Part shown: piece after piece, positions 1 to 10,425 of the stretch | Layout: each line of letters begins with the position of its first letter | Numbering within the stretch: the first letter of the stretch is position 1 | NCBI GenBank assembly: GCA_963755125.1 | Contig: CAVWIP010000018.1 | Coordinates: 227,010-291,009, forward strand | Reading direction: 5' to 3' | DNA from: an uncultured delta proteobacterium | GTDB taxonomy: Bacteria; Myxococcota_A; Polyangia; Fen-1088 | DNA length: 64,000 nucleotides | Made by a program: the position numbers and the translations under genes | The notes under the pieces: model-generated | Told to the model about the DNA's origin: nothing | What the model saw: only the letters and a program-made list of their open reading frames with translations | Databases searched by the model: none

Positions 1-2374
1 CGTTCGGGATGTTGTCCAGCGCATCGGGACCGCGCTGCCCATGCTTGTGGCGATAGTAGCCTTCCAGATGGTTGCTGATGCGGGGATCGCCTGGCTTCAA
101 CTGCAAGGCCTTCTCGGCATAGGATATGGCCAGATCCAGACGATTCTGTTTGGCGTAGACCAACGACAGGTTGTCCATGGCGGTGTCGTAATCCGGCCGG
201 AGTGTGATGGCCTCCAAGTAGACGCGCTCGGCCTCGGGATAGCGGGCCAACTTGTAATAGCACAGGCCGATGTTGTTCAAGAGCGAGGGGTCGGGCGAGC
301 CCTGCTCTTTCTGCAGCGACAATGCCACGCGCAGCGCCTCCTCGTATCGTTGTTGCCTGAGCAAGCTGACCAATGAGGCACCTGCGTCGAGCGATTGTCC
401 TTCGGGCGTCATGGGCTGCCCGGCAAGTTTGGCCTTCAGCCGTTGCAGTTCACTCATCAGCGCACCGTTCCCTTGCCGACGCCCGGTCTTCTGGATGGCT
501 TCATCCAGCAACGCTCCCGCTTTCGCTTGCTCACCGGTCTGCATATAGCAATTCGCCAACAACCCAATCACCTCCAAGTTGTTGGGCGCCAACCTCAATG
601 CCTTTTCCAAGGTACTTTCGGCTTCGGGAGCACGACCCAGGCGGAACAGCGCGAAGCCGGCGTTCTGGTAGGCGTTGACCAGGATGGGCAGGCGCTCGAT
701 GCTCTGCCGGTAGCACGAAAGGGCCTTCTCCAGTGCCGCGACAAATCCCTCCCGGTCGCCAGCCTTCTTGTGCAGGTCCGCCATCTTGTCGTAGGCAAGG
801 CCCATCTGGAAGTAGTAGTCGGCTGCTCGAGCGCCATCCAGCTCGGTGTTTGCTATCTCCGCAACGGCGCTTTGGTGGAGAGTAACGGCCTTTTCGTACT
901 GGCCTGATTCACGCCTGACAATTCCCAAAGCATTGCGGAGTTCCGCCAAGTTATATTGCTCATATTGTACGAGCGAATGATTGGTGACCCGGCCAAGTCG
1001 TTCTTCGGTGAGACGGACGGATTCTTGGAGATAAGGCACCGCTTTTTCAGGCGTTGACACAGTCACCGAGTAGTAGCGTCCGAGAGTCCTGGCAGCAAAA
1101 ATGTTGGCGGGATCCTTGCGAAGGGTGTCGGTGAAGAGCGTCTCGGTGTCGTGCCAGGCCCGCACGCGCTGCCAGGTGACGGCGGCAAAGAAGACCACGA
1201 ACACGACTCCCAGCGCAGCCAGCGCCTTGCGTGCTCTCGCTGGCAGACCGTCGGGCAACAGTCCCCCGTCGCTGCGCGCTGACAGAAGCGCGGTCGCGGC
1301 CAGAATCAACCCGAAGGACGCGATGAACACGTAGCGATCGGCCATGCCCGCGGCCTTCTTCCAGACGGTGAGCGTGGGCAGAACGCCCACGAGGAACCAG
1401 GCGAGACCGAAGCAAGCCAAACGACTGCGTTTCCTCAAGAGCAGGATCCCCGCGCCCAGCAACAGCAGGCCGGCGGCTCCAGCCAGGCACCGTGGATCGC
1501 TCAACCTCTCGATGTACCTCTCGTAAGGGCTGTGCAGGCCCAGAGGAACGACCATCAGGCGCAGGTAAGAGAAGAAATTGGCCAGCCAACTGTGGGCGGC
1601 CACCGAGGTATCAAAGGTGCTCCCGGAGTAACGCTGGGGAAAGACCACGAAATTCAGGAGCACGACTGCCGCCGCCACCACCGACACCGCAGCGAAGTTC
1701 ACCCTGCGACGTCGCCGCTCGCCCGCCTCTTTGACAGGGAAAAGTCCCATATGCCCCCACACCAAGGCGGGCATGACTGCGGCTGGCGGATTGGTCAGTG
1801 CCGCCGCAGCAAAGGCCAATGTGCTCGCCCAGGTTCGTCTCGACAGATACAGCGCAAAGGACAGCAGCGCCAGCCCTCCCGCAATGGCGTAACCGCCAGC
1901 CATGATCCAGACCACGGCCTCCACATGAATGGGATGACAGGCGAAGAGAAGGCCGCCAAGAAAAGCCGCCTTGCTCGACCGCAGAAGCCTACGAAGAATC
2001 CAATAGGTGGAGGCGACGGCCAGCAGATAGAACAGCAGACTGGTAACGTGGTAGCCGGTGGGAGAAGTCCCGTTCAGTCGGTAGTCGATGGACCGAACCA
2101 GTGTGTAGATGGGCCGGTAGTAATCGTGCAGCATCTCCTGCTTGGAGATGCTGCTGAACATCTGCACCAGGCCGGCCAGATTGAGCGGCCGGTCGTAGTG
2201 GCCGTACTGGACGATGTAGCCATAATCGTCCGCCAGATTGAGCCGGCCCGACAGAACGCCGGCGCCGACATAGAGCAAGGCGGCGGCAACCAGCACGACC
2301 GCCAAGGGCAGCAAACTCTTGCACAACGGCTGCGGGCCGGCCGGCGGCGACACATCGATCTTCTTCATGGACAT
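1..2374 (-). CDS. TMTC-like membrane glycosyltransferase (GT-C fold) with C-terminal TPR repeats; 3' end runs off the window
   Basis: Not in the ORF track (no stop inside the window). Manual translation from ATG 2374 (GGAGG upstream): N-terminal TM, 'LADDYGYI', 'DYYRP', 'HPIHVEAVVWI', multiple TMs, then TPR-like segments such as 'LLNNIGLCYYKLARYPEAERVYLEAITLRPDY'. The + strand shadow ORFs 41, 395 and 1532 are all in the matching antisense frame. Confidence 0.8.
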   Translation of the reverse strand, partial: MSMKKIDVSPPAGPQPLCKSLLPLAVVLVAAALLYVGAGVLSGRLNLADDYGYIVQYGHYDRPLNLAGLVQMFSSISKQEMLHDYYRPIYTLVRSIDYRLNGTSPTGYHVTSLLFYLLAVASTYWILRRLLRSSKAAFLGGLLFACHPIHVEAVVWIMAGGYAIAGGLALLSFALYLSRRTWASTLAFAAAALTNPPAAVMPALVWGHMGLFPVKEAGERRRRRVNFAAVSVVAAAVVLLNFVVFPQRYSGSTFDTSVAAHSWLANFFSYLRLMVVPLGLHSPYERYIERLSDPRCLAGAAGLLLLGAGILLLRKRSRLACFGLAWFLVGVLPTLTVWKKAAGMADRYVFIASFGLILAATALLSARSDGGLLPDGLPARARKALAALGVVFVVFFAAVTWQRVRAWHDTETLFTDTLRKDPANIFAARTLGRYYSVTVSTPEKAVPYLQESVRLTEERLGRVTNHSLVQYEQYNLAELRNALGIVRRESGQYEKAVTLHQSAVAEIANTELDGARAADYYFQMGLAYDKMADLHKKAGDREGFVAALEKALSCYRQSIERLPILVNAYQNAGFALFRLGRAPEAESTLEKALRLAPNNLEVIGLLANCYMQTGEQAKAGALLDEAIQKTGRRQGNGALMSELQRLKAKLAGQPMTPEGQSLDAGASLVSLLRQQRYEEALRVALSLQKEQGSPDPSLLNNIGLCYYKLARYPEAERVYLEAITLRPDYDTAMDNLSLVYAKQNRLDLAISYAEKALQLKPGDPRISNHLEGYYRHKHGQRGPDALDNIPN

Positions 2375-2406
2375 CGCGCCTCCGTCTGTCCGGAATGCGA
2401 GGCCTG

Positions 2407-3465
2407 CTACTTTCCGCCGCGCGCGCGCCAGACCACCTGCGCCCCTGCCACCACAGCCAGCGGCGTGGCTATCAGGAAGGCGTGGATGAGCGCCAGCCAG
2501 GAAACCCCGAGCAGGGAGTAGACCAGGAAGGCAAGAATGAAGAAGTCGCGCCGGCCGATGGTGTGCACCATGGCGAGCGGGTCGCGCTTGCCCTTGGCCA
2601 ATCGGGTTTTCATGTCCGCGCCGCCGGTCAGGTGCCAGCGCACCTTGATGATCTCGCCGCCGCCGCCCTGCAACCTGAGCTCGCGGTAGGCGATGGTGTC
2701 ATAACCGATGTGCAGGACCGCCGCCAACAAGCCCGCCGCCAGCGCCAGGGAGCTGCCGGTGGCACGAAAGACGCCCACGCCGATGCAGGCGAACAGCACG
2801 ATGTTGAGCCCGTCGTCCACCACGGTGTCCAGCCACTCGCCCAGCGCGCTTTGCTGAAAGCGCACGCGCGCCAACTCGCCGTCACACCCGTCCAGGATCG
2901 ACTGCAGGTGCGCGAGGAAAAAACCCCAAATCATGAGGGCGGGGCCTCCGCTGGACACCATCAGCGCACCCAGCAGGCCCACCAAGGCTGCGCCCACGGT
3001 GACCTGATTGGGGGAAAAAGGCAGGCGACAGAGCAGGTGGCGCGTGATGAAAAACGACACCGGCTTGTTGAGGTAGCGCGCGACGAACCCCAGATCACCA
3101 CGCAGGAGTTCGGCGAACACGGCGCGCTCGGCGCGACGGCGGCTGGCCTCATCGATCACGCGCACGGCGCCTTCCAGCGAGCCGCTGGCGGGGCGCACCT
3201 CGTCGGCACCCACCTCGATCGCCCCCGAAAGTTCGCGGCGCAAGGCTGTCAGGTTCTCGGGCTTGGGCACCTTGTGCACCTGCACCGAGGCCGGCAAATA
3301 GGCTGGCAGGCGACAGCTTCCGTCAGAGGCGAGCACCACGTGGTATTGCAAACGGTGCAACTGCTTGATGGCGCGTTCGAGAACTGACAAGCCGGCCACG
3401 CGCATAGACGAGCCCACGACTTCGGCCAAGGTCGCCCGCAGGAGCACAGGCGGCTTGCCGGCCAT
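2407..3465 (-). CDS. CDP-alcohol phosphatidyltransferase family protein with N-terminal degenerate nucleotidyltransferase-like region
   Basis: Signature 'LDGCDGELAR...SALGEWLDTVVD' (DGxxARx8GxxxDxxxD) and 'SPNQVT'. Start uncertain (ATG 3465 or 3405). Confidence 0.85.
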   Translation of the reverse strand: MAGKPPVLLRATLAEVVGSSMRVAGLSVLERAIKQLHRLQYHVVLASDGSCRLPAYLPASVQVHKVPKPENLTALRRELSGAIEVGADEVRPASGSLEGAVRVIDEASRRRAERAVFAELLRGDLGFVARYLNKPVSFFITRHLLCRLPFSPNQVTVGAALVGLLGALMVSSGGPALMIWGFFLAHLQSILDGCDGELARVRFQQSALGEWLDTVVDDGLNIVLFACIGVGVFRATGSSLALAAGLLAAVLHIGYDTIAYRELRLQGGGGEIIKVRWHLTGGADMKTRLAKGKRDPLAMVHTIGRRDFFILAFLVYSLLGVSWLALIHAFLIATPLAVVAGAQVVWRARGGK

Positions 3466-3742
3466 TGCGCCGTCCGAAGGAGGCGCAACTGGGCTCGCGG
3501 ATTGGTCGGCAGGGCTCACGGCGTTCGCTAGTGTTGCACAGCGGGCGCACGCCGGGCCAGTATAATGACTGGCCCAGCTTGTGCAGCGGTCGTGCCCTCG
3601 GCCGACCTGTCTCACACCGCTGGCTCTTGCTCGACGCGTGACTATCCGACGGGCCGGGCTGGACGCGGCTCGTCCGCTGCCGGATACTTATGTGCCGTTT
3701 TGTGGGCGCACGAATCGGCACCATCTTTGGAGGAACAGAGTG

Positions 3743-4921
3743 ATGAAGAAGGCCGTCTTGGGTTGGTCCCTGGTTCTCTTGCTTGGCTGCTCGAACGAGA
3801 CCTCTAACGACGGAGGCGCAGGCGGAACCTCGGTCGCGCAAGGAGGCGCGGGCGGCCGCTCGTCGCGCGGGCCTCGCACCAGCAGCACCGGCGGCATGTC
3901 CACCGTCGGCGGCGACGGCGGGGCCACCGGTGGTGCGGTAGCGACCGGCGGCGTGAGCACCGGCGGTGCCGCGGGCGCAACCACCAGCACGGCCCCCAGC
4001 GGCAGCGTGCCAACCATCGCTGGCTGCAATATCTTCCCCGCGGACAACCCCTGGAACACGGACATCTCTGCCTATCCGCTGAACGCCAACAGCGCGACCT
4101 ACATCGCCAACATGTCGCCGTCCACCGGCTTCCATCCCGACTGGGGCACGGTGACAGAGGAGTATGGCATTCCGTTCTCGACCGGTACTGGCGCCACGCC
4201 GCAGCCGATGACCTGGAACGTCGACTATGGTGCTACCGAGAGCGACAAGCTCCCCTGCCCCACTGGAACCAACCAGTTCTGCTACCCGATTCCGCTCAAC
4301 GCTCCCATCGAAGGCGGCCCGAGCGCCTCGACGGACGATGACCGGCATGTGCTCTACCTCGACACCGGAGGCGCACCGAACAACTGCACGCTGTACGAGC
4401 TGTACAATGCGCAGAATCCCACCGGGACCTCGGGCTGGACAGCGTCCAACGGCGCAATCTTCCACCTCGGATCGGACGCACTCCGGCCCGACGGGTGGAC
4501 CTCCGCCGACGCGGCCGGGTTGCCCATTCTGCCGGGACTGGTGCGCTACGACGAGGTCGTGGCCGGCGCGATCGACCACGCCATCCGATTCACCGTCAGC
4601 CGCTCGCAACAGGGCTATATCCACCCGGCGACCCACGCGGCGGGCGACTCCAGCACAACCCTCCCGCCGATGGGATTGCGTCTTCGCCTGAAGGCGTCGT
4701 TTGACACCAGTTCGTTCTCCGGTCCGACGCTGGTCATCCTGACGGCGATGAAGAAGTACGGCATCATCCTGGCCGACAATGGTAGCAACTGGTACATCAG
4801 CGGCGAGACCAACCAGGGCTGGGATTCCTACATGGACGGCCTGGTGTCGGGCCTGAGCCAGGTGCACGGCAGCGACTTCGAGGCAGTGGACACCGGCCCG
4901 GTTTCGACCGCCGGGCTATAA
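3743..4921 (+). CDS. Lipoprotein with Gly/Thr-rich linker and conserved-looking C-terminal domain of unknown function
   Basis: RBS GGAGGA ~3729; 'MKKAVLGWSLVLLLGC' lipobox; low-complexity G/T linker; globular domain with 'FPADNPWN', 'DDDRH', 'SADAAGLPILPGLVRYDE', 'ADNGSNWYISG'. Confidence 0.75.
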   Translation: MKKAVLGWSLVLLLGCSNETSNDGGAGGTSVAQGGAGGRSSRGPRTSSTGGMSTVGGDGGATGGAVATGGVSTGGAAGATTSTAPSGSVPTIAGCNIFPADNPWNTDISAYPLNANSATYIANMSPSTGFHPDWGTVTEEYGIPFSTGTGATPQPMTWNVDYGATESDKLPCPTGTNQFCYPIPLNAPIEGGPSASTDDDRHVLYLDTGGAPNNCTLYELYNAQNPTGTSGWTASNGAIFHLGSDALRPDGWTSADAAGLPILPGLVRYDEVVAGAIDHAIRFTVSRSQQGYIHPATHAAGDSSTTLPPMGLRLRLKASFDTSSFSGPTLVILTAMKKYGIILADNGSNWYISGETNQGWDSYMDGLVSGLSQVHGSDFEAVDTGPVSTAGL

Positions 4922-4935
4922 TAACCAAGTACTCG

Positions 4936-5553
4936 CTACTCCTCGGGCAGGATCAGCATCTTGCGCGGCAAGCCCGACCACCACACCACCTGCAACCCCA
5001 TGGAAAAGGTGTAGGTGTGAATGTTGCCGTCGGGCATAACGTAAAAATCGACAGTGGGCGTGACGGCCCAGCCTCCGGTCAAACGCCTGCGCCACGGGAA
5101 AAAATCGTAGCTTGTGCCGATAAGGAAGTACGAGCCCGCACCCCCGCGCAGGGTATTGTCCGTGCTGCTCTTGTCGGTCACGTCCACAAAGCCGATTCCC
5201 AGTCCGGTGTGGGCGGATAGCCCGCGCCAGAGCGTGGCGCTGCCCTCCATGATCAGCCCGCCGGCGGCCCCCTGGTCGCTGCCTTTCTTGATGCTCCCCA
5301 GATCGATCAATAGGCCGAGGCCTAGCCGCTCGGTCAGAAGCTCACCGATGCGCAAAGTGAAGCCACTGCCGTTGTAGAAGCCTCGGTTCGTGCCTTGCTC
5401 GACAAGGTCAGAGGCCAGGTCCACCAGGCCAACCCCGATCCAGTACCCTTGCCGCGCGCGCGGTAGTTCCACGGTCTGGGCGTGCACCAACCGCGCAGCG
5501 CCGCCGACAAGCGAGAGCAGCAGCGCCAGACCAAGAAACAATTGCCGACGCAT
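4936..5553 (-). CDS. Putative small outer-membrane beta-barrel protein
   Basis: Signal peptide, alternating Gly/aromatic strands; ATG overlaps the TBDT stop (TGATG). Confidence 0.6.
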   Translation of the reverse strand: MRRQLFLGLALLLSLVGGAARLVHAQTVELPRARQGYWIGVGLVDLASDLVEQGTNRGFYNGSGFTLRIGELLTERLGLGLLIDLGSIKKGSDQGAAGGLIMEGSATLWRGLSAHTGLGIGFVDVTDKSSTDNTLRGGAGSYFLIGTSYDFFPWRRRLTGGWAVTPTVDFYVMPDGNIHTYTFSMGLQVVWWSGLPRKMLILPEE

Positions 5554-8273
5554 CAGAACTCCCCTCGCAGACCGATGATTGGATAAATGGGAAGCCCCTG
5601 CCGCACCTGGCTCTTGGTGAAGTCGTAGTTGTACTGCATGGCCTCGGGATTGGCGCGGTTGAGCACGTTCTGCAGGTCGAGATAGGCGTTCAGCATCCAG
5701 CGGTTGAAGATCCAGCGTTTGTCCACACGCAGATCGAGCTGAATGAACGGTGGCAAACGGTCGCTGTACTTGGCGCCGTAGAGGGGACTGTAGCTAAATA
5801 ATGAGGCGTTGTAGACCGCCCCCACGACCGGCGTGGTGGGATCTCCGCTCACCAGGCGGAAACGTGAGCCCACCTGCCAATTACGCGGCAACTGGTAGGT
5901 GCCGAAGACGGTCAGGATGTGTGTCTGATCGTACTCGAACAGGCGGTACGTGGTGCTGCCCGAGTCGCGCCGGGTGGCGCGCGACAGGGTGTAGGCGAGC
6001 CAGCCGGTGAACTTGCTGGTCAGCTCGTGGCGCGCCACCACCTCCATGCCGTAAACCCGCCCCGCGCCGTTGTTGTCGTAGCGCAAGGGCGTCCCGTCAG
6101 ACCTGAGGGCGGTCGTGGTACTGATCCAGTTGCTCAGATCCTTGTAGAAGCCGGTCACGTCCAGGTTGATGTGTTCGCGCGGCCTCCACTCCACTCCCGC
6201 AGAATAATGGATGGCCCGCTCGGCCTTCAAATCGGGATTGCCGAAACTCTTGTCGGTCTGTCCCGTGGTGATATCCGGTTCCTGGTAGAAGAGGCCCACG
6301 CCCGCCTTCAAAGCCACCGGCTTGCGGAGCTGGTAACGAACCGTGAGGCGCGGCGCAAAGGTTGCCTGGGAAATGTCCGAGTAATAGTCGAAACGCAGGC
6401 CCGGCAGAATCAGCAACCCTTTCAGGGGCCGCAGTTCCAACTCGGCAAAAGCGCCCGGCAAGAAGATGTTGGCCCCCGAGACGTTGGTCTGGGCGGTATT
6501 GGTGAGGTCGGGCATGGCCGAATCCTGACCCTCCTGAGGAGCAAGGGGCGAGAACACATTGATGCTGAAGCGATAGTAGAGGAAATCCAAACCCGCGGTC
6601 AGCGCCAGCTTCTTCGACCATTCGTAGCGGATGGTGTCCCGCACATGAGTCGTGTCGATGGTGTAGTGCGAGTAGAACTGGAAAAATTGAATGTCCCCAT
6701 TGTCGCGGCCTTGCGAAAGGCGAACCATGTTCTCGAACCGATCAGCCGGGACATAGCGATAGGTGGCCAGGGCGCGATAGAAACTGGTGGAATCCGAGAG
6801 TTGGTTGCCGGCGAGTTCGGTACCGAGGCGGGCCACGTTGCGGAACACAATGCTGAATGTATCGTCCGAACCGAATATGAACAGTCGCAGGTCGTGCGCC
6901 GGGGCCGGGCGATAATTAGCCAGGAACTGGTAGTCGTAATAGTGGGGCAGTGTGATGTCGGTGATGGGTGCGTTGGACGGAATGATGCCGTTCACGATCC
7001 AGTCGATGTAGCTGCGACGGACGGCAACCGCCACCGCGGCCTTGTCACCGATAGGCGTCTCAAGATAGACGCCGGAATCGAGCAGATTCACGTCGAAGTA
7101 GCCGCCCTCCTTCTTGGGCTTGAGCTTCTTGATTGAGACATCGACGATGCCGCCAGTGGCTCGGCCGTAGTAAGGCGAGAAGTTGCCCGGATAGAACTCC
7201 AAACTGTCGATCATGCCCACCGGCAAAACGCTGCGAATGCCGCCAAAGTGGTAAATGATGGGCACGGTCACGCCGTCGACGAAGATCTGCGTGTCCTGCG
7301 GCGCCGATCCGCGCACGATGATGTCGCCCGAGCCGGCCGCGGCGCGAGCCACACCCGCGAAGTTCTGGATGACCGCCAGGGGATCGCCCATGGCACCGGG
7401 CATGACGTCGATGATTGTGTTGTCGACCACCGTGCGGCTGACCTCTTTGCGCACGCGCTCGGCAGTGACCACCTTGTCGAAAGGATTGTACGAGCCCCGT
7501 TCGATGTAATAGGTCACGTGCGTGACCTCGCCCGGGCGAATCTCCTCGGTGGTGCGGAAGGGATAGTAGGCGGGAGGTTCGATGAAGACCTTCCAGATGC
7601 CGGGCTCAAGATCAAAGAAATGGAAGTGTCCCTTGGCGTCGGTGATGTTCTCGAAGCCGATGGGCTGGTCGCCACCGCTGCGATACACGGTGACCAAGAT
7701 CCCTGACATGGGCAGGCGCGTTCCCCGCTCGAGCAACACGCCGACGAGATTCTCCACCGGCGGCGGCTTGGGCGCCTCCACCGGCGCGCTGGCCGGCGCG
7801 GCCGCGGGCGGGGGCGCGGCTGGCTTGGGCGGCACAAACTTGAACTTGTAGACGATCTGGACCGGCACCGGCTTTCCTGCCACCTCGGCCGGCTCGAAAC
7901 CGAGACTGTACGCTGCGGTGACCGCTGCCTCTTCGAAGCCGAAGCCCGTGGGCGCCTTGGGCTCAATCACGGTTGCGCCGGTGACCTCGCCCTTGTCGTC
8001 CAGGTCCACCAGCAGCGTGACCTCGACCTCGCCGCTCTTGCCGATGGCGTTCGGCGGATAGGCGACTTTGGCCGGCTTAGTCAGCTTGGGCTGCTTGCTC
8101 AGCTCGCTGGCCTCGATGGTGGGCCCCTTGTCGGTGCCGCTGATACCGGCCTCGCCAGCGCGCTCTGCAGCCTCCTTCTCTTCCCTGCTGCCGGATTCTT
8201 CAGCGGCGCGAACCGTGCTGGCGGCGGCCACGGACAGCAGGGCTGCCAGCATCCCGAGACGCCGGGCCGTCAC
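5553..8273 (-). CDS. TonB-dependent receptor with N-terminal TonB-C domain and carboxypeptidase-regulatory-like domain
   Basis: GTG 8273 overlaps the upstream stop (GTGA). Signal peptide; TonB-C-like 'YPPNA...EVEVTLLVDLDDKGEV...FEEAAVTAAYSLGFEPA'; plug 'IIVRGSAPQDTQIFVDGV...FYPGNFSPYYGRATGG'; barrel 'GNPDLKAERA', C-terminal 'GLRGEF'. Confidence 0.9.
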   Translation of the reverse strand: MTARRLGMLAALLSVAAASTVRAAEESGSREEKEAAERAGEAGISGTDKGPTIEASELSKQPKLTKPAKVAYPPNAIGKSGEVEVTLLVDLDDKGEVTGATVIEPKAPTGFGFEEAAVTAAYSLGFEPAEVAGKPVPVQIVYKFKFVPPKPAAPPPAAAPASAPVEAPKPPPVENLVGVLLERGTRLPMSGILVTVYRSGGDQPIGFENITDAKGHFHFFDLEPGIWKVFIEPPAYYPFRTTEEIRPGEVTHVTYYIERGSYNPFDKVVTAERVRKEVSRTVVDNTIIDVMPGAMGDPLAVIQNFAGVARAAAGSGDIIVRGSAPQDTQIFVDGVTVPIIYHFGGIRSVLPVGMIDSLEFYPGNFSPYYGRATGGIVDVSIKKLKPKKEGGYFDVNLLDSGVYLETPIGDKAAVAVAVRRSYIDWIVNGIIPSNAPITDITLPHYYDYQFLANYRPAPAHDLRLFIFGSDDTFSIVFRNVARLGTELAGNQLSDSTSFYRALATYRYVPADRFENMVRLSQGRDNGDIQFFQFYSHYTIDTTHVRDTIRYEWSKKLALTAGLDFLYYRFSINVFSPLAPQEGQDSAMPDLTNTAQTNVSGANIFLPGAFAELELRPLKGLLILPGLRFDYYSDISQATFAPRLTVRYQLRKPVALKAGVGLFYQEPDITTGQTDKSFGNPDLKAERAIHYSAGVEWRPREHINLDVTGFYKDLSNWISTTTALRSDGTPLRYDNNGAGRVYGMEVVARHELTSKFTGWLAYTLSRATRRDSGSTTYRLFEYDQTHILTVFGTYQLPRNWQVGSRFRLVSGDPTTPVVGAVYNASLFSYSPLYGAKYSDRLPPFIQLDLRVDKRWIFNRWMLNAYLDLQNVLNRANPEAMQYNYDFTKSQVRQGLPIYPIIGLRGEF

Positions 8274-9445
8274 GGAGCGGACTCCTGCACGGCGTCCGCA
8301 GTGTCCGCCTCGTCGGAATCCAGGGCTTCCGCATCGGGGCTCGGCTCGCCACTGTCGGCTTCCGGCGCATCGGGCGCTCCCGCGTCGGGCAGCAAGTCCA
8401 CCAGATGGGCGACCCCGCTGGTCCATGCCACCCCACCGCGGTTGTCGCTCACCACCACGATCATGCGCGCGAAATCCGCGGGGTAGTCTGCCTGCTTCGG
8501 AATGTTCCAGGTGTTGTCCAGGGCCGTGGCGAACTGCGAATTCTGATTGTTCGGATCGCCAAGATAGACGGTGCCCCGGCCGCCCAGTCCGTTGCCGCCA
8601 AAGTCGCCGCACTCGGCGAACCAGTGCATGTTGAGCTGCTCGAAAGGCGCGGTGTTGGGGGGCAAGTAGGGATGTTTAGGATCAAGAGGAGGCAGCACGG
8701 CGTTGGGGTCAGGCAGGAGTTCCGAATCTGATAGAGGCGTGTCGATGCTGACCGGCACGCTGGAGTTGCGCAAAACCGCTTGTGTGCCCGCCTGATCGAG
8801 TGGTTGCTCGACGTTGTCGACCGTGACGCTGATGCCGCCCACCACCGGGTTCAGATTTGGCGCGATGTTGTCATTGACGGGCAGGTACACGTTGAATACG
8901 GCAGGCAAATCCCCGGCCGTGGTGTGCACGACCAAGGCAACTGTGATGGGGAAACCCGCAATCGTGCACGCAAAATTCACGCTCCCGCTCGCAGTGAGCC
9001 CGCCGCTCGCAGCGCCTGCGGCCAAGGCGGGAATCGCGTCCAGGCTATTCTCGCACAGAGAGGCAAGGGTGGCTGCAGGGAAAGGATTGGTGAACGTCGC
9101 GGTCTCGCCCGTGCCAAGGTCAAAGGGCGGGAAGCCGGGAATGCTGGCAAACAACGACTCACCGGCATCTGGACCGACGGGGCACGCGTAGCCGTCGCTT
9201 GCCCTGGTGGCCAGCGGACACCAGGACCAGCTATAGCCGGTCACGCCGACCCCCGCGTCGGCCGACGGCGGCTGGTACACCAGCGCACGGAGCGTCGTCG
9301 ATGCACCCAGCGCAGGCTGAGGCGGCTCGGCCTGGATGGCCAGGATGCGCACCTTGTTGAGTAGTGTGGGCGTATTGAAATCGCTGCTGCAACCGAACAG
9401 GGCCAGTGCAGCGCCGGCCAGCGCAGGAATAGTCTTGCTTCTCAT
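8270..9445 (-). CDS. Lipoprotein in TonB operon
   Basis: Lipobox 'LALFGC'; 'VRILAIQAEPP' and 'VVSDNRGGVAW'; acidic low-complexity tail; translationally coupled on both sides. Confidence 0.75.
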   Translation of the reverse strand: MRSKTIPALAGAALALFGCSSDFNTPTLLNKVRILAIQAEPPQPALGASTTLRALVYQPPSADAGVGVTGYSWSWCPLATRASDGYACPVGPDAGESLFASIPGFPPFDLGTGETATFTNPFPAATLASLCENSLDAIPALAAGAASGGLTASGSVNFACTIAGFPITVALVVHTTAGDLPAVFNVYLPVNDNIAPNLNPVVGGISVTVDNVEQPLDQAGTQAVLRNSSVPVSIDTPLSDSELLPDPNAVLPPLDPKHPYLPPNTAPFEQLNMHWFAECGDFGGNGLGGRGTVYLGDPNNQNSQFATALDNTWNIPKQADYPADFARMIVVVSDNRGGVAWTSGVAHLVDLLPDAGAPDAPEADSGEPSPDAEALDSDEADTADAVQESAP

Positions 9446-10416
9446 CAGTCGACCAATCGGAAAGAGACGTTGTACTTCAGCGTGGTGGCTGTGGGAACGC
9501 CATTGCGGGTGGCGGGTTCAAATTCGTCGGCCATTGCCGCCTTCTTCGCGGCTTCATTGAACTCGGGATAGGGTGATTCCTTCAGAATCTTGACTGCAGT
9601 CACTTTGCCGGTCTCGTCGATCCACACAATGACCGGAACATCGCCTTCAATCCCCTGGGTCTTCAGGGTGGGCGGAAACTCGGGCTTCACTTCTTTCTTT
9701 CGCTTGGCCTGCGCAAACACCACCCCAGCCACGGGAATCCGCGTGGCTACGGCATTGGCCGTGGGTTTCACCGTGGTGGATCCCTTGTTGATGGTCTGCT
9801 TGGGCACGTCCTTGGCGAGCGCTGCGGTCTTGTCGGTCTCGCCCATGCGCGTGTTGCCCACGGCAAAGGCCGGCCCCTCGCCTTCGCCCGCGCCCTCGCC
9901 CACCGTCGATTCAAAGCTCAGTCCCACCACCCGCGCCGGCTGCGCCTTGGGCGGCTCCTTGGGCTGCACTTCCGGCTTGGGCAAAGGCGGCGGCCGGAAC
10001 GCCACCACGCGCTCGGGCTTCACCTCGGGCTCTGGTTCCTTGGGCGGCGGCGCTTCCTTGGGCTTGGCCTCGTGCTCATGCACCTCGATGGCCACTTGCT
10101 GGCGCGTGACGGTCTTCTGGCTGCTCAATCGGCTGATGCCAAAGGCAGTGACCACGAAGGCCACGTGCAGACCCACGGACACCAGCAGCACCAGGATGCC
10201 GACCGCCGCGCGCAACCACGACGGCATCCGGTGCAGGCCCCGGTGCGCGTGAAAATCCGACGACAGCGGCACCCGCACGTGCGACATGGCTCGGGCCTGC
10301 GCTTGCTGGCGCCGGCGATCCCTCTTCTCGACGAAGGGGTTACCGTGAAGGCGCGGCCCGCGCCGGGACGGAACTGGCCCAGTCTGCTGGCGTGAAGAGG
10401 GGTGCCCCGTCACCAT
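9445..10416 (-). CDS. tonB: TonB family energy transducer
   Basis: TM with 'SVGLH' (SxxxH), Pro/Lys/Glu-rich linker, C-terminal TonB-C 'PEFPPTLKTQGIEGDV...IDETGKV...FEPA'. Start uncertain (10416 or 10287). Confidence 0.85.
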   Translation of the reverse strand: MVTGHPSSRQQTGPVPSRRGPRLHGNPFVEKRDRRRQQAQARAMSHVRVPLSSDFHAHRGLHRMPSWLRAAVGILVLLVSVGLHVAFVVTAFGISRLSSQKTVTRQQVAIEVHEHEAKPKEAPPPKEPEPEVKPERVVAFRPPPLPKPEVQPKEPPKAQPARVVGLSFESTVGEGAGEGEGPAFAVGNTRMGETDKTAALAKDVPKQTINKGSTTVKPTANAVATRIPVAGVVFAQAKRKKEVKPEFPPTLKTQGIEGDVPVIVWIDETGKVTAVKILKESPYPEFNEAAKKAAMADEFEPATRNGVPTATTLKYNVSFRLVD

Positions 10417-10425
10417 GACCAGCCG

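Noticed and set aside
41..2521. Plus-strand ORFs 41-376, 395-907 and 1532-2521
   Set aside because: All are in one frame, the antisense shadow of the minus-strand TMTC/TPR gene; no motifs of their own.
3534..3566. Sigma70 promoter TTGCAC...TATAAT
   Set aside because: Spacer is 21 nt, too long; only the -10 box is convincing.
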